The position numbers and the translations under genes were made by a program. Source: Eledone cirrhosa (Eukaryota). Taken from it: a DNA stretch of 64,000 nt. The stretch covers positions 63,302,001 to 63,366,000 of the forward strand of contig OZ024747.1 in NCBI GenBank assembly GCA_964016885.1, read 5' to 3'. Position 1 is the stretch's first letter, and every line of letters begins with the position of its first letter. This document shows, piece after piece, positions 63,103 through 64,000 of the stretch. The notes under the pieces were generated by a model. That model searched no databases. It was not told the origin of the DNA and was given only the letters and a program-made list of their open reading frames with translations.

Positions 63103-63760
63103 TCTATCTAATTTGATATAGAAATCTCTAAGTTCTGTTCCAAACACCAGATAGATAAGACAATGTCTGTTACATTATTAAATTCTTTCAAATTCTTAAT
63201 TATTTTGAAGACTTTTGGAAAATCCTAGACAATATCTTTCCTTTGAAATATTGTAATGAAAGGTTAATATAATTATATTTAAAGTGTGTTGTTGTTTTTT
63301 TAAATTAAATGATTGAATGCCCAGGGGTTCAACATCTTTGATCATAGGTCTGCTTGATCAGATCTGACCTGAGGATAAAGAACAGCAACTACAACAAAGA
63401 ACTTTGTTTAATATCTTTTCTAAAACTATTTGTAGTTTCTATTTTGTTGTGTGGTTTGATATATATATACAAATATTATACATATATATATGTGTGTGTA
63501 TATATATATACACACACCCATATTATATAATATATGTATAATATTTGTATATATATATACACACACACACCTATCTATCTATCTATATATCACTGTACGA
63601 GAGATGCGATAAATGCTGCAGATCTACTTATGTTGTAATAGAATGTTTTCAATATGATCCATTAATTATGTAAGGTGAATTCAGTGCAATGTTAAAGGAA
63701 ATCAGAATTCTTGAAACAAAGGCATCAGAGTAAGAGATACAGTAAGGGGATATGTAACTG

Positions 63761-63815
<55 letters not shown>

Positions 63816-64000
63816 ATGTGTGTATAAATCAGAGATCATTTATATTACTATATTTTACTTACTACTGCATAGATATCCAAATAAACAACCACATACACAG
63901 AGACAATTGCAGACACACACAATTTCATAATCTCTATATTCCATGCAAATCTTATCCATCCTTATATTTTTGTGTGAAGTCTAGGGAGACGGACATAGTG

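Overview
AT-rich, gene-poor animal genomic DNA saturated with (TA)n/(CA)n/(CAT)n microsatellites and transposon debris. The repeat content suggests a mollusc, probably an octopus (inference, no search run). No intact protein-coding gene is visible, and nearly all ORFs in the track are microsatellite or minisatellite artefacts. Recognisable elements: several families of RTE-clade LINE fragments (one 5'-truncated copy with an open C-terminal ORF at 54066-54886), two CRE-like restriction-endonuclease LINE fragments, two tRNA-headed SINE families, piggyBac-, hAT-, pogo- and mariner-type MITEs, and two non-autonomous Helitrons. Two things stand out. (1) At least 8-10 short inserts sit in (TA)n tracts, are organised as fold-back palindromes or partial tandems, and carry type I hammerhead ribozyme motifs. 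The motifs are intact at 10443-10498 and in both arms of 36350-36618, and near-intact or decayed elsewhere, pointing to a Penelope-like/retrozyme system. (2) A 6.1-kb, 39-bp minisatellite (11925-18010) is a roughly 156-fold amplification of 13 codons from the C-terminus of a dead RTE LINE whose flanks are still readable on both sides. All alignments and folds were done by eye.
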